This document shows, one piece after another, positions 9,053-18,770 of a stretch of 64,000 nucleotides of DNA. Source of the DNA: a phage; assembly GCA_024613925.1 (NCBI GenBank), contig GCA_024613925.1_4713.1; one strand, written 5' to 3'. The position numbers were made by a program, and so were the translations under genes. Numbering within the stretch: the first letter of the stretch is position 1; the number at the start of each line of letters is the position of its first letter. The notes beneath the pieces are model-generated. The model worked only from the letters and a program-made list of their open reading frames with translations. It did not search any database and was not told where the DNA came from.

Positions 9053-9601
9053 TTATTTCACGAGAACAGCGAATTCGAGAACGTAAATAATTTCGTCATC
9101 CATCGGATTTGTTGTGGTATAGCCAGCAAATTGATAACCCATATCCGCGATAAAATCGCTAAGTTTATCAATATCGCCTACATTGATACGATCGTCAACA
9201 GACAGACGACATTTACGGGTTATGCCGCATCCGCGAGGAACGCAAGATAACACAGTTAGGAAATGCGCGATCTGGTTATTGGTTGCGAACTGTGCATAAT
9301 CGTCGTAGCGTTTAAGGTCTTTCATCACAGACTCTACTGTCATACGGCGACCAGGTGACACGTACTCAGAATAAGAATAAGCTGCGATCGTGCGGCGGTC
9401 TTCAGTTAAGTAAGTGTTCCCTTCAGGATGATAACTCTCGATTGTTCCGTCTTCATAGGCGACGGTCACAACAGGTGCGCCGTACTCGTCGCGACCAAAA
9501 TCAATTTTACATTTATCCGAAAGCGGTAGAACTGTACAAGGCTTTGCGTTGTTCTCATCTGGAAGATCGTAACCGCTCATCATTTTCAAAAACATAGACA
9601 T
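9053..9601 (-). CDS. hypothetical protein, paralog of 9688..10221
   Basis: 182 aa; shares N-terminal pattern (NNAKP.T...IA.Y.YS) with the adjacent gene. Confidence 0.55.
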   Translation of the reverse strand: MSMFLKMMSGYDLPDENNAKPCTVLPLSDKCKIDFGRDEYGAPVVTVAYEDGTIESYHPEGNTYLTEDRRTIAAYSYSEYVSPGRRMTVESVMKDLKRYDDYAQFATNNQIAHFLTVLSCVPRGCGITRKCRLSVDDRINVGDIDKLSDFIADMGYQFAGYTTTNPMDDEIIYVLEFAVLVK

Positions 9602-9653
9602 AATAGAACCTCATGATAATAGATAATAGAAATGATAGATAGTACAACAAATT

Positions 9654-9677
9654 GAGGGGGTATTATCCCACCCCCTC
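9654..9677 (-). terminator. GC hairpin (gagggggt-attatccc-accccctc)
   Basis: 8-bp stem between the two paralogs. Confidence 0.45.
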
Positions 9678-9687
9678 GTAGGGATTA

Positions 9688-10221
9688 TTATCTGACGACT
9701 GCGGTGATTTTGCCATCCATGCCGTCGTAATATGCTGTTAACTTACCAGTAAACAACTCTTCTAAAAGATGATTTACATCACTAACAAAGTTAGGATTGC
9801 CCGCTTTTACAAACTCGATATGACGCGTTTGTTTTACATCACGATCGATTAAACGGATTTCCAACAACGCACAAATAAGGCTATCGTTAAGTTTGCCATT
9901 CAAATCCAACGCTTTCCCATACGTCGTAGCACGGACGTCTGCATACATACGGTCAACATCATCCTTCCCAAAACCACAGGAATAGGCATACGTTGCGATG
10001 GTGTTACCATTGTCCATCACATAAACGTTACCACCTGGGTAATCGATAAATCGTTGATCCTTATCACCATGAGCGACGAACTCCAGTGTCGGTCTACCCA
10101 TCGAATCACGGTTGAATTCAATTGTGGTCAAGCGATCTGGTACCACATGCAACGTAAACGGTTTCGCATTGTTACGATCACTGGTATCGCAGTTGCCCAT
10201 TACTTTTACAATAACACTCAT
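9688..10221 (-). CDS. hypothetical protein, paralog of 9053..9601
   Basis: 177 aa; see paralog. Confidence 0.55.
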   Translation of the reverse strand: MSVIVKVMGNCDTSDRNNAKPFTLHVVPDRLTTIEFNRDSMGRPTLEFVAHGDKDQRFIDYPGGNVYVMDNGNTIATYAYSCGFGKDDVDRMYADVRATTYGKALDLNGKLNDSLICALLEIRLIDRDVKQTRHIEFVKAGNPNFVSDVNHLLEELFTGKLTAYYDGMDGKITAVVR

Positions 10222-10330
10222 GTTTTATTCCTTAGTAGTCCTAGTAGTAGTATTGAGGAATTTCACCTCATTAGATAGTCTAATTTAGTAATGTTTTACT
10301 GAGCTATTGTTAACCCCAATACGAGCATAA

Positions 10331-10362
10331 CCCTCCTCCAACCCAACAGGGAAGGAGGAGGG
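10331..10362 (-). terminator. hairpin ccctcctcc / ggaggaggg
   Basis: 9-bp stem, 14-nt loop, 10 nt after stop of 10372..10686. Confidence 0.45.
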
Positions 10363-10371
10363 AATATGCTG

Positions 10372-10686
10372 TTATTCTGTTTTCGGTGTTGAACCGTTCT
10401 TCTTGAAGTCGGATTCGTATTTCACGTTAGAATCGAGAACCTCACGAACGGTTTTATCTGTACAACCACGAGCGATGTACGCATTAAGATCGTCGCGTAA
10501 TTTACGCATCGTTGTTTTATTAGCATCAGAAATATCTGACTTGGTAAGACGGAATGCAATTGCATCACGAACTTTATTCAGCGTTGCTGGGTTATTACGC
10601 TGTTCTGCAAATACCGCTTTGATGAATGTACCGCTATCTTTCGAAGCGATGGCTGCATCAAGAATTTCAATATGCTTTTCAGACAT
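10372..10686 (-). CDS. hypothetical protein
   Basis: 104-aa ORF. Confidence 0.5.
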   Translation of the reverse strand: MSEKHIEILDAAIASKDSGTFIKAVFAEQRNNPATLNKVRDAIAFRLTKSDISDANKTTMRKLRDDLNAYIARGCTDKTVREVLDSNVKYESDFKKNGSTPKTE

Positions 10687-10737
10687 CTTCTTTCCTTTAA
10701 TAAACGATCATCGTCATATTCATTGCGCAGGGTGCTA

Positions 10738-12063
10738 TCACTTCAGTAGCTTAGACGTCGCCATGCTTCGCGCTAACGCAACGTCATACGCATCCATGAT
10801 TGCGTCACCGATAGCGGTATGACGGATCAGCGGAATACCCATGTCTGGATACTCTTTGGTGCCTAAGATGGATACCGGTTTGTCTTGATACGCAGCAATC
10901 ATCGAACGAATATCCTGAACCTGGTTATAACGACAAACTGGCTTAAAGCCCGCTTTACGGAACCAATGCTCTAATTGAGGCCAATCTGTTTCACCGCGAG
11001 CAAGATAATAGAAGGTATCTTTACCGTAGTATTCGGTCATTTTGTCACGAATACTGTTGACGAACGCATTTACTTCGGCGATGGCTTCTTTATAACCCAT
11101 TGCCTTACAATGTTGAAAACAATAGTCGCGCGCTTCCTTTGGTGCTTTGGTTTGCCACCATTCTACTGTTGATTCACTGATACGACCACCGTCAGCGATT
11201 TGACCATGAACGTCAGGGAAGATATCTATACGCGGACCGTTAACAATGGATTCTGGATTAGCCAGATCGAAGAACACGATACCGATTTCCAGCAATACTC
11301 CATTCTTTTCCAGACTAAGGTTTTCAACATCTAAACAAAATGCAGGCTTCTCTACCGCTAACGGCTCGAACGAATGGTTGCTGGTATCCGATTCGGTTTT
11401 AAGTTCGACGACAACCGGATCGGTATCCGTAGGTTTCAGTTCTACTACAGCATCATCGAGTCCCGATAATGAAAAATAGTCTTCGAAGAAATCGGGTATC
11501 GTCATACCATGCAAATTGATATCGCAATCTTCCAACCATTGCTTCAACTGGTGCTCACCGGCATGAATCGCTAAACGGCATGGTCCGGAACGATCATCTA
11601 GCGCTGCATCGATCCAGAAGAAAGCACGTATAAGTAAGTAAGGATTATACTCCGCGATGATTTCTTGGCTAGCCGAGAAATCGTACACCATTAGTTGTAT
11701 TATTCCCTTACGTGTGTTATACGGATCAACTTTCAATCGACGCACTATTTCTTCTACGAATTCCAGCGCACGCGTGTACGATGTGGACCCACCTTGTTCA
11801 TACGAACATATACCCGTCAAAAGTTCCTTATAGGACGCATATGGAACCATAGGCGATAATTTGTACGACAGTTCAGTATTGTAATTATCGCATAATTTCT
11901 TCGGGGCGATAGCATCCTGTATCGCTGTAATAAACGCCGGTCCATCAATATCAAACAACCATCCTTGACGCCGGTATGCAGTGTATCGTAATAACGCACC
12001 GATAACTGCCTGGGGCGGTGTATATTCTTTCCCGTTAATTTCAAACAGTAGTTTGCTCATCAT
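10738..12063 (-). CDS. protein with C-terminal DEDDh-type (DnaQ-like) 3'-5' exonuclease domain
   Basis: 441 aa; C-terminal half has FCLDVENLSL (D-x-E) and HTAIGDAIMDAYD (H-x-A-x-x-DA); N-terminal about 230 aa unassigned. Confidence 0.55.
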   Translation of the reverse strand: MMSKLLFEINGKEYTPPQAVIGALLRYTAYRRQGWLFDIDGPAFITAIQDAIAPKKLCDNYNTELSYKLSPMVPYASYKELLTGICSYEQGGSTSYTRALEFVEEIVRRLKVDPYNTRKGIIQLMVYDFSASQEIIAEYNPYLLIRAFFWIDAALDDRSGPCRLAIHAGEHQLKQWLEDCDINLHGMTIPDFFEDYFSLSGLDDAVVELKPTDTDPVVVELKTESDTSNHSFEPLAVEKPAFCLDVENLSLEKNGVLLEIGIVFFDLANPESIVNGPRIDIFPDVHGQIADGGRISESTVEWWQTKAPKEARDYCFQHCKAMGYKEAIAEVNAFVNSIRDKMTEYYGKDTFYYLARGETDWPQLEHWFRKAGFKPVCRYNQVQDIRSMIAAYQDKPVSILGTKEYPDMGIPLIRHTAIGDAIMDAYDVALARSMATSKLLK

Positions 12064-12075
12064 AACACCTTTTCA

Positions 12076-12411
12076 TTATTCTGGTTTATCTGTTGTCAGG
12101 CCGAGTCCAGCCAATATCACGTAGTCGTACCAAGCTTTTACTTTTGCTTTCGCTTCATCTAAACTATCAGCGTTGATGTGCGGAAACTCCTCGTTGATTG
12201 GGAAAGGTAAATCGCAGTCGTAGCTGGTATAATCCTTCCAGCCTTTCCATTCGATAGTTAGAGAACCAAAAACGGTCTCAGCGACAACATGGTTATAGCG
12301 ACAGTTTTCACATGGCGCGCGCTCTTCCGACCAAACAAGCTCATGCTGCGCTAAAAGTTGTTGTACGACCGATAATGGCTGCTCTTCATTAAGTTCGATA
12401 CTGTCTATCAT
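12076..12411 (-). CDS. hypothetical protein
   Basis: 111-aa ORF. Confidence 0.5.
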   Translation of the reverse strand: MIDSIELNEEQPLSVVQQLLAQHELVWSEERAPCENCRYNHVVAETVFGSLTIEWKGWKDYTSYDCDLPFPINEEFPHINADSLDEAKAKVKAWYDYVILAGLGLTTDKPE

Positions 12412-13004
12412 CGCATACCCTCCTTTTCCTTATCGTAATCGCTGCAAATATTGACAAACGCCGTATTATCAGACAGCCTGCTGACCATCTGACGTATTGC
12501 GGCCAATGGTTCAAGTTTAGGATTGATTGATTCACCGGTCAACGCGCTTATTGCTCGTGTGATCTCAACCAAATTAACGTTCGGGTCTTTGTCATCAATA
12601 ATGAGCAGATTCTTCGCTGGTTTCTGACGACGTTTGATGATCAACAAATACGTGATGAGGTTCTCACGCCAAGCATCAGAATCCAGATTACGTATTACGG
12701 TTAACGCGCGACGTTCTTCCGCCCATGATGGTTTCTCACGGATAACGGGCATGTAAGATAATTGCTCAGCAAGCCCTTTCAAACTGACACGGTTGGTGCC
12801 ACCAGGATGCTCACTAATCCGCAACATCTCGGTTAACAAACGGACGTAGGCGGCCGTTGTCGAAACACCCCGCAGCGGCAGGAACAAATTATGTCCTGGA
12901 ACCCCATCATGACTCAGCGGTGCGATATATGCCATGAATCGCCGAATATCATCGTCGGTCTGTTCTCCAGCAACGAACTTAAACGCTTCACGTAAAACGC
13001 TCAC
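12408..13004 (-). CDS. hypothetical protein
   Basis: 198-aa ORF. Confidence 0.5.
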   Translation of the reverse strand: MSVLREAFKFVAGEQTDDDIRRFMAYIAPLSHDGVPGHNLFLPLRGVSTTAAYVRLLTEMLRISEHPGGTNRVSLKGLAEQLSYMPVIREKPSWAEERRALTVIRNLDSDAWRENLITYLLIIKRRQKPAKNLLIIDDKDPNVNLVEITRAISALTGESINPKLEPLAAIRQMVSRLSDNTAFVNICSDYDKEKEGMR

Positions 13005-13290
13005 TATGACGTCTCCTTAATGTTTCTTGTATATGCAGTCTCTCCGGCAGGTACAGACGTTTGTACAGATCAACTAACAGATAACGCATAACGGAAGCAA
13101 CCACCAGGTATTCGCCTTCAGCTTCCGAATAACGTATCATGTTAATCGGGTAGTTCAAATAAGAATAAGAAAAGAGATCATCGTTGGTGAGGCGATGATC
13201 TTCAAGATACTGACGAAACAATTTTGCTAAGGCATCGTACTCCATTCCGTAGTAACACAACGACACCTGTCTTGCAGATAGTCGTTTCAT
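12988..13290 (-). CDS. hypothetical protein
   Basis: 100-aa ORF. Confidence 0.45.
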   Translation of the reverse strand: MKRLSARQVSLCYYGMEYDALAKLFRQYLEDHRLTNDDLFSYSYLNYPINMIRYSEAEGEYLVVASVMRYLLVDLYKRLYLPERLHIQETLRRRHSERFT

Positions 13291-14129
13291 GCTGGGTTAC
13301 CTTTTAGTTTTCCACGTACCATGTCGACAACGCGTGAGGGATCAGAAATAACAGTGGCGATAAGATGATCGATAGGTAAGTCGAGAATGATATTCTTCAG
13401 CTGGAAAGCCGTATCTTTACGACGCACGCCGTAGAACACGCCATCTTTAAACACAACCTCGTACGAAATGGGGAGCTGGCTAATAACCGTGTTAGCGTAA
13501 TCACCCAACCACATCGACCCCGCCATCAGATGCGCACAAACCGCATGACTAATACGCACATCTTTGTTCTTCCGGCTAACGTCTTTGGTTTTCGACATGG
13601 TGACCAGAAGCTCACCGATCTTACTCAGCATATCGTCGTATACCCCAAAGAACTTAATCAGTTGTCGGGCACCTAACGATATATATGTTTCTCGCGGTAA
13701 GACACAACACACCTGCGGTAACGTTCCAACCCCATAGACACAACTGTGTGGTGATAATGGGAGCAAATCAGCAACCGCGTTCTTGATGTTGTTATACTCA
13801 ACGATGTCGTTGAACGGTGAAAGACCTTTCGTAATCGGTTTATCGATCGCCACATCGAACTCCGCGAACGTCCATGCTGCTTTACGGGGTTTCCCTTTCT
13901 GGTACGGTGGAGCCAGTACCGCGACAACACGAAGTCGATGTTCATGGGTATCACGTAGCTTAAGTTGGATACCCTCATCGCCACCCTCACGCACAAGCGA
14001 GTAGCGGCTTGCGCAGTCATCACATACCACCGTTGGTTCGTGTTGACCGTATGCTGCAAGCATCGGTTTACTAAGATCTTTATCACAGTGTTTACAGCGA
14101 TGATCCTGTTCCTGATAACTGATTTTCAC
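13287..14129 (-). CDS. hypothetical protein with N-terminal zinc-ribbon (CxxC...CxxC)
   Basis: 280 aa; CKHCDKD...VVCDDCASRY at N-terminus. Confidence 0.55.
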   Translation of the reverse strand: MKISYQEQDHRCKHCDKDLSKPMLAAYGQHEPTVVCDDCASRYSLVREGGDEGIQLKLRDTHEHRLRVVAVLAPPYQKGKPRKAAWTFAEFDVAIDKPITKGLSPFNDIVEYNNIKNAVADLLPLSPHSCVYGVGTLPQVCCVLPRETYISLGARQLIKFFGVYDDMLSKIGELLVTMSKTKDVSRKNKDVRISHAVCAHLMAGSMWLGDYANTVISQLPISYEVVFKDGVFYGVRRKDTAFQLKNIILDLPIDHLIATVISDPSRVVDMVRGKLKGNPA

Positions 14130-14144
14130 ACCGAGACCCCTTTG

Positions 14145-15101
14145 TTAATGCAAGACACGATCTGCCGGAATTATCGAGGCATTGCTGTCGGACAGATTCG
14201 TCGCTTTACGATCAGGACTGAATCGACGCGCATTCTCTTCATGGTGGTTGACAGGGTTATCCTGTTTTAACAGTTCCATTGCCTCATCAAACGTTAGTTC
14301 CCGAAATCCTCTTGGATAGAGGAACAGGGGTTCATCAACATCCAACCCTTTAACAAACCCGTGCGACAACCAGACGCTACCATCAGCACTGTAAAGAACC
14401 GGCTCAACGTCATAATCCAAGACGTATTGATACCAATAATTAAACAGTTGAGCAATCCACCGATTACGTAATAAGTAATCGATCACAACCGCACTACGCA
14501 CGCTGTGACACCAGCCCATCTTACCATCGACTTTCTGCAACAACGTACCCTCATTTGCTTGATGAATAACCGCATTAAATAACCACGCAAGATCGGTTGC
14601 GAAAAGTGCGGCTTCTTGAATATCGCTAATGTAACGCACGGGTATCGTCAGATGCGTGCGGTAATGCGACATCGCCTCTTCGTAGTTGTCTCCTTCGATG
14701 CAGAGAGTCCCGTTTGGTGACAGATGCCCTTGATTCAACGACTGACCAATATAAAGATCGGCGATCGCGTTAATATGTTCGACGGTGCCCAAGGTTAACT
14801 CGGACATAAAACAATCGACATCAACAGCCATCGATGTACTGGAAACAAACGGATTGGCTGGGCGAGTTGTATTAGAGAAAATAATCGACCAAATCGCTTC
14901 ATGCTTTTCATCCGATGGCAAAAACGAAATATGGCGTTCTGCGCTGTTATCGACAACAAATACCTTTACGGTTTTCAAGCAGTTAGTACAAACGTAGCAC
15001 GTGTTCGGCAACGGCATATCCGAAAACATATCGTAACGAATCGATGCCAGCGAAATGTCATGTCCGCAATGAGGGCATGTCGTATCAATAAGCGTTTTCA
15101 T
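14145..15101 (-). CDS. hypothetical protein with N-terminal zinc-ribbon (CxxC...CxxC)
   Basis: 318 aa; TCPHCGHD...YVCTNCLKT at N-terminus. Confidence 0.55.
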   Translation of the reverse strand: MKTLIDTTCPHCGHDISLASIRYDMFSDMPLPNTCYVCTNCLKTVKVFVVDNSAERHISFLPSDEKHEAIWSIIFSNTTRPANPFVSSTSMAVDVDCFMSELTLGTVEHINAIADLYIGQSLNQGHLSPNGTLCIEGDNYEEAMSHYRTHLTIPVRYISDIQEAALFATDLAWLFNAVIHQANEGTLLQKVDGKMGWCHSVRSAVVIDYLLRNRWIAQLFNYWYQYVLDYDVEPVLYSADGSVWLSHGFVKGLDVDEPLFLYPRGFRELTFDEAMELLKQDNPVNHHEENARRFSPDRKATNLSDSNASIIPADRVLH

Positions 15102-15331
15102 TATTGAATTCCTTTTGATAAGAATAACTGAATATCGGTAAACTGTTCTTCAGGAACATCGTCAGCAGCCGTTAGAACCTTATGGCCGTGTTCATTGAGG
15201 TAAGCTTCCCGTAGACAACGATGACGTCGATTGGCTTCCTGGAACTCAGTGTCCGTCATGTAAACCAGCGTAAACTTCGAACGTTTATTCGGATTATATC
15301 TCTTATTACGTTTCTTTGGTTTCTTCGCCAT
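15101..15331 (-). CDS. small basic protein
   Basis: Track ORF 15101..15364; start moved to Met12 (MAKKPKKRNKR...) because upstream codons overlap the 15344..15371 hairpin. Confidence 0.4.
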   Translation of the reverse strand: MAKKPKKRNKRYNPNKRSKFTLVYMTDTEFQEANRRHRCLREAYLNEHGHKVLTAADDVPEEQFTDIQLFLSKGIQ

Positions 15332-15343
15332 AATAGCCTCGTG

Positions 15344-15371
15344 AAGGTGGATGGGCACACCCATCCACCTT
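15344..15371 (-). terminator. hairpin aaggtggatggg-caca-cccatccacctt
   Basis: 12-bp perfect stem, 9 nt after stop of 15380..15901. Confidence 0.5.
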
Positions 15372-15379
15372 CCTCCATG

Positions 15380-15901
15380 TTAAAGTGCGTTCATTTCTTC
15401 AGGTGTGCGTACAGTACGCGTGTTGGGATCAACCATTGCTGGCACGCCCGCTGGGCATTTACGGACATCGATTCGCATCTCCGGTTCGATCGGACGAACG
15501 CGATACGTTTTGCCGTCATCGGTTAACACCGAAATGGTCAACGCCTGATTCAATTCACTAACGAAGTTCACCAAACGTTGTTGTCCGCCCTTCGACCAGA
15601 AGTTAAGATCGGTTTCTCCATTGAAATAACTGATTCCATCAGCGGTTCCAATCGTGATTTTAACGATACCTGGATAGTCACGAAGAAGAGGTGCCTGATA
15701 ACCTTCATCTTCCGTATCCAGTTTTACCCACGCGCCTCCCGTAGACAAGCAGTTAACTTCCAGGGCGGTTGGTGCACTGACTTCTGCTGATGACCAGGTA
15801 TACATCGTGCCTAGTTTAGCGTGCCCAGTTTCCAGTTCGCTATAATCCCAAGCATGTGCTGAAGCCGTAATAAACAAAGTCGCAAGAAACAACTTTTTCA
15901 T
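15380..15901 (-). CDS. secreted protein with Sec-type signal peptide
   Basis: 173 aa; MKKLFLATLFITASAHA followed by WDY (AXA cleavage motif). Confidence 0.55.
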   Translation of the reverse strand: MKKLFLATLFITASAHAWDYSELETGHAKLGTMYTWSSAEVSAPTALEVNCLSTGGAWVKLDTEDEGYQAPLLRDYPGIVKITIGTADGISYFNGETDLNFWSKGGQQRLVNFVSELNQALTISVLTDDGKTYRVRPIEPEMRIDVRKCPAGVPAMVDPNTRTVRTPEEMNAL

Positions 15902-15955
15902 TCTTTCGATTCCTATTAAAAGTGACCGATTTCTGTGGTCGAGATTGCTAATAAA

Positions 15956-16417
15956 TTAATTCCGGTTTTGTTTCCGTATTGCACGGTTACGTTTACGTTC
16001 TTGGTCTTTGATGACACCAAGAAACTTCTTTAATTCTGACGGTTCGAGTGTACCCTCACGTACCACACCGTTTTGTTCGATATGGTACGACCAATAACCA
16101 ACTTCAGCCGTTAAGGATAACGTTGTCGGTTGCTCATCGGGTAACGATCGGGGTGAGAAAATAAAGAGTAATTCAAAAGGCATTTCTCGGCTGATGGTGG
16201 GACGGATACTAACGTCAAGCCCCTCCCATCGCTGAGGTTTAAATATTCCTCCGGCGGCGATGATTGTCTCCGAGCGCTGGTCTACAAGCTCAGCTAATTC
16301 ACGATCATCATTGAAATAAATATCGTGAAGGATATCCGTATCGATAAAAAACCCGCGATCCGAATCGTGACGAACAATGGAATTCTTCATTCTAACGCCT
16401 TTATTGTTTGTTTTCAT
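15956..16417 (-). CDS. hypothetical protein
   Basis: 153-aa ORF. Confidence 0.5.
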   Translation of the reverse strand: MKTNNKGVRMKNSIVRHDSDRGFFIDTDILHDIYFNDDRELAELVDQRSETIIAAGGIFKPQRWEGLDVSIRPTISREMPFELLFIFSPRSLPDEQPTTLSLTAEVGYWSYHIEQNGVVREGTLEPSELKKFLGVIKDQERKRNRAIRKQNRN

Positions 16418-16466
16418 GTCCTATACGAACATGAAAAACCGTTAATTTTTACCATAGCCGCGTGTG

Positions 16467-16742
16467 TTAAAAATCCACACCGCGACCCGTCATCGACGAA
16501 GGAACCGCGCGATAATAGAAGTAGATGTAATGGTCACGATGGCTAAAATAGTTTTTGCAAGCATAGAACTCTCCAGATCCAATGAATGATTTAATACGTG
16601 TAACTTGAGGGTGTCGTGTGAGTAACGCCTGTAGAACGATTTCCATTTGGTGTGCGCTCAAACCCGGTCGAGCTGCGACATGATAATGAAGCTCCTTAAG
16701 AAATCGCTTCCAGGGGTCAGGTTGTGTCGATGATCGAGACAT
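16467..16742 (-). CDS. hypothetical protein
   Basis: 91-aa ORF. Confidence 0.45.
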   Translation of the reverse strand: MSRSSTQPDPWKRFLKELHYHVAARPGLSAHQMEIVLQALLTRHPQVTRIKSFIGSGEFYACKNYFSHRDHYIYFYYRAVPSSMTGRGVDF

Positions 16743-16779
16743 CTTTATCTCCTTAACAGGTGCTGGTAACGCAGCATAA

Positions 16780-16799
16780 GCCCTCCCCGAAGGGAGGGC
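16780..16799 (-). terminator. hairpin gccctccc-cgaa-gggagggc
   Basis: 8-bp stem, 4-nt loop, 10 nt after stop of 16809..17366. Confidence 0.5.
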
Positions 16800-16808
16800 G
16801 GTTAACGA

Positions 16809-17366
16809 TCACTCCATCCATACTTCTTCGTCGTAATGATTTTCTATCGCATTACGCCAAAAACGCACGGTGTCCAAACTAATCGGTGCGTAAAAGTGTT
16901 GGTCAACGCCTACGTTAAGTCCGTTGGCCTTCGCTAACATACAACGATGAATATGCCCGAATAGATTAAAGTAGCCTGGATTTCTTTCGCTGGGCTTATG
17001 GCATAGCCAGTAGGATTCGTCATTGCTAATCGGCAACACCAACGGGTGTTCATAAACAGCAGCAAACCCCATACCGAGCAGTTTATCACGCCACGCTTCG
17101 AAGCTTAATCCTGTCGCTTTGTATGCGTCTTCGTCCCAATTCCCCAATACCAATTGAACCTGGATATCAGAACGAATGGCTTCCACGAACTCGAACTTAC
17201 CCCAATCACCTAAATGCCACAACACACTGTTCTTTGGAAGCTTGTTGATGGCTTTCAGCATATGCTGGTTCATATCGGCGACGCTTGCGAACGGACGGCG
17301 TGAATACGTCCATGTACGCTCGCTATCAAAATGGGTATCCGACATAAAGAAGATGGGTGGGGTCAT
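16809..17366 (-). CDS. calcineurin-like metallophosphoesterase (YfcE/MJ0936-type)
   Basis: 185 aa; ordered motifs FMSDTHF, LGDWG, GNWD, GHIH. Confidence 0.6.
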   Translation of the reverse strand: MTPPIFFMSDTHFDSERTWTYSRRPFASVADMNQHMLKAINKLPKNSVLWHLGDWGKFEFVEAIRSDIQVQLVLGNWDEDAYKATGLSFEAWRDKLLGMGFAAVYEHPLVLPISNDESYWLCHKPSERNPGYFNLFGHIHRCMLAKANGLNVGVDQHFYAPISLDTVRFWRNAIENHYDEEVWME

Positions 17367-17845
17367 TGATCTAATTGCTCCAGAAACGCACGACCCGATT
17401 TACTTGCTTTTAAATGCTGTTCTGCGGAAGTAAGCAGAAGATCGGTTGGTGTGAATGCAGCGCTACCTTTCCACGCTGTTTTCAGTTTGCCCTTTTCGAT
17501 ACTGAACTGAATCAGTTGCTGGGTACCGAAGTTAAGCGTGTTCGTCGCGGCGCTAAATACACCACCCATCATGCTGTAACCAAAGACTTTCACGTTTTCC
17601 GTGTAGAAGTCATTGTCGATCAATTTGTTCTGGAGCTCGAGTTGGTCGGACGGCAGCAATCCCCCATCAAAGATGCTTAAAATACCAGCCAGGCGATACA
17701 TACTCACCTTTCCTGAAACACCCACCACGTAATTGCCGTACACGGTTTCTTCCAGTTTAGCAACAACGGTGCGATCGTCGGAGGTTTTCATCGAAACCTC
17801 AATACCATCACCAACTTCTGTTAATGTTAAATCAACGATACTCAT
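17363..17845 (-). CDS. hypothetical protein
   Basis: 160-aa ORF. Confidence 0.5.
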   Translation of the reverse strand: MSIVDLTLTEVGDGIEVSMKTSDDRTVVAKLEETVYGNYVVGVSGKVSMYRLAGILSIFDGGLLPSDQLELQNKLIDNDFYTENVKVFGYSMMGGVFSAATNTLNFGTQQLIQFSIEKGKLKTAWKGSAAFTPTDLLLTSAEQHLKASKSGRAFLEQLDQ

Positions 17846-17867
17846 TCATTATTCTCCGCTTTCATGT

Positions 17868-18554
17868 TTAACACATGATTTCACCATGTTTCTTTTCAAC
17901 ATACGTATAAACGTCATCCAAATAAGCAATGAGTTTATCACGATCCGCACACAGCGATTTAATCACCGCAATCTCTTTCATATAAAGCTGCTGACCTAAC
18001 GCCGGATAGGTAATCCAAGCGTAGCCGTCAGGCGCAAATTTAGAAATAAGATAATCAGCGGTTTCCTGCAAGGCGAACTCTTTGCTCATCTGGCCGTAAC
18101 GGTGTTCGATTGCACGGATACCAAAACGTTCGCTATCAAGACGACCCATATCCGCCAGACGAAGCACCTGAGAAGCAACCGAGCTACGTGGACCAGAGTA
18201 CGAGGCGCGGTGTTCAGCAATAAGTACGCGTATCTCCTCGATGTCTTCCGGTGTGAAAATATGCTGCTCGTTACGAAGCAGGATAACCGATGCACGAATA
18301 CCCCCGATAAGGTGGTGGTATGTTCTGTTTTCGTGGCAAGCGATATCATGCATAAAAGCAGCGGTTAATAGACGACGACGTTCCGTAGGTCTGATGATCC
18401 CAACCACATCAGCAAGTTCATTTGCCAGTTCAACAACAGCAAGCACATGTTCTTCTTGATGGGCAAGATCGTTCTTCCGAATATTTTCAATTACTTCAGC
18501 GCGAGTTTCCTGAGATAAGAAATTTAAACAATCCAACGAATATAAAGATTTCAT
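17868..18554 (-). CDS. HD-domain phosphohydrolase-like protein
   Basis: 228 aa; H...HD pattern (EEHVLAV ... AAFMHDIACHE). Confidence 0.5.
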   Translation of the reverse strand: MKSLYSLDCLNFLSQETRAEVIENIRKNDLAHQEEHVLAVVELANELADVVGIIRPTERRRLLTAAFMHDIACHENRTYHHLIGGIRASVILLRNEQHIFTPEDIEEIRVLIAEHRASYSGPRSSVASQVLRLADMGRLDSERFGIRAIEHRYGQMSKEFALQETADYLISKFAPDGYAWITYPALGQQLYMKEIAVIKSLCADRDKLIAYLDDVYTYVEKKHGEIMC

Positions 18555-18602
18555 CGCACGTACCTCTTTGAATCGGTAGATAGATTAATAGATATTGATT
18601 AC

Positions 18603-18627
18603 TCACGTAAGTAATATAGCCGTGAAA
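18603..18627 (-). promoter_or_regulatory. conserved promoter-like motif (minus-strand reading TTTCACGGCTATATTACTTACGTGA)
   Basis: One of four near-identical 25-mers; lies 49 nt upstream of start of 17868..18554. Confidence 0.45.
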
Positions 18628-18676
18628 GGATTTGTGTTGGTCCGTTTCGATGCCTATCGTATTTTATGGATTGTCG

Positions 18677-18688
18677 AATGACGTCATT
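18677..18688. promoter_or_regulatory. perfect palindrome AATGACGTCATT in divergent intergenic region
   Basis: Same 12-mer recurs at 47694..47705. Confidence 0.35.
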
Positions 18689-18706
18689 TTAAGGGACATC
18701 CCCGGC

Positions 18707-18740
18707 CTCCTCCCCAGGAAAGGTGTGGGGAGGAGTTTTT
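18707..18740 (+). terminator. hairpin cctcctcccc/ggggaggag followed by TTTTT, upstream of the helicase gene
   Basis: Stem arms 18707..18716 and 18727..18735, T5 at 18736..18740; terminator-like but located 5' of a plus-strand gene (possible attenuator). Confidence 0.35.
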
Positions 18741-18770
18741 ATCATACATTCTATTAAATCGAGCGCGATT

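Noticed and set aside
18723-18770. ORF-track N-terminal extensions (helicase from 18723; likewise 36553..36687 and 41236..41301)
   Set aside because: The extra codons run through terminator hairpins or promoter motifs and lack ribosome-binding sites; internal Mets with Shine-Dalgarno sequences are preferred.
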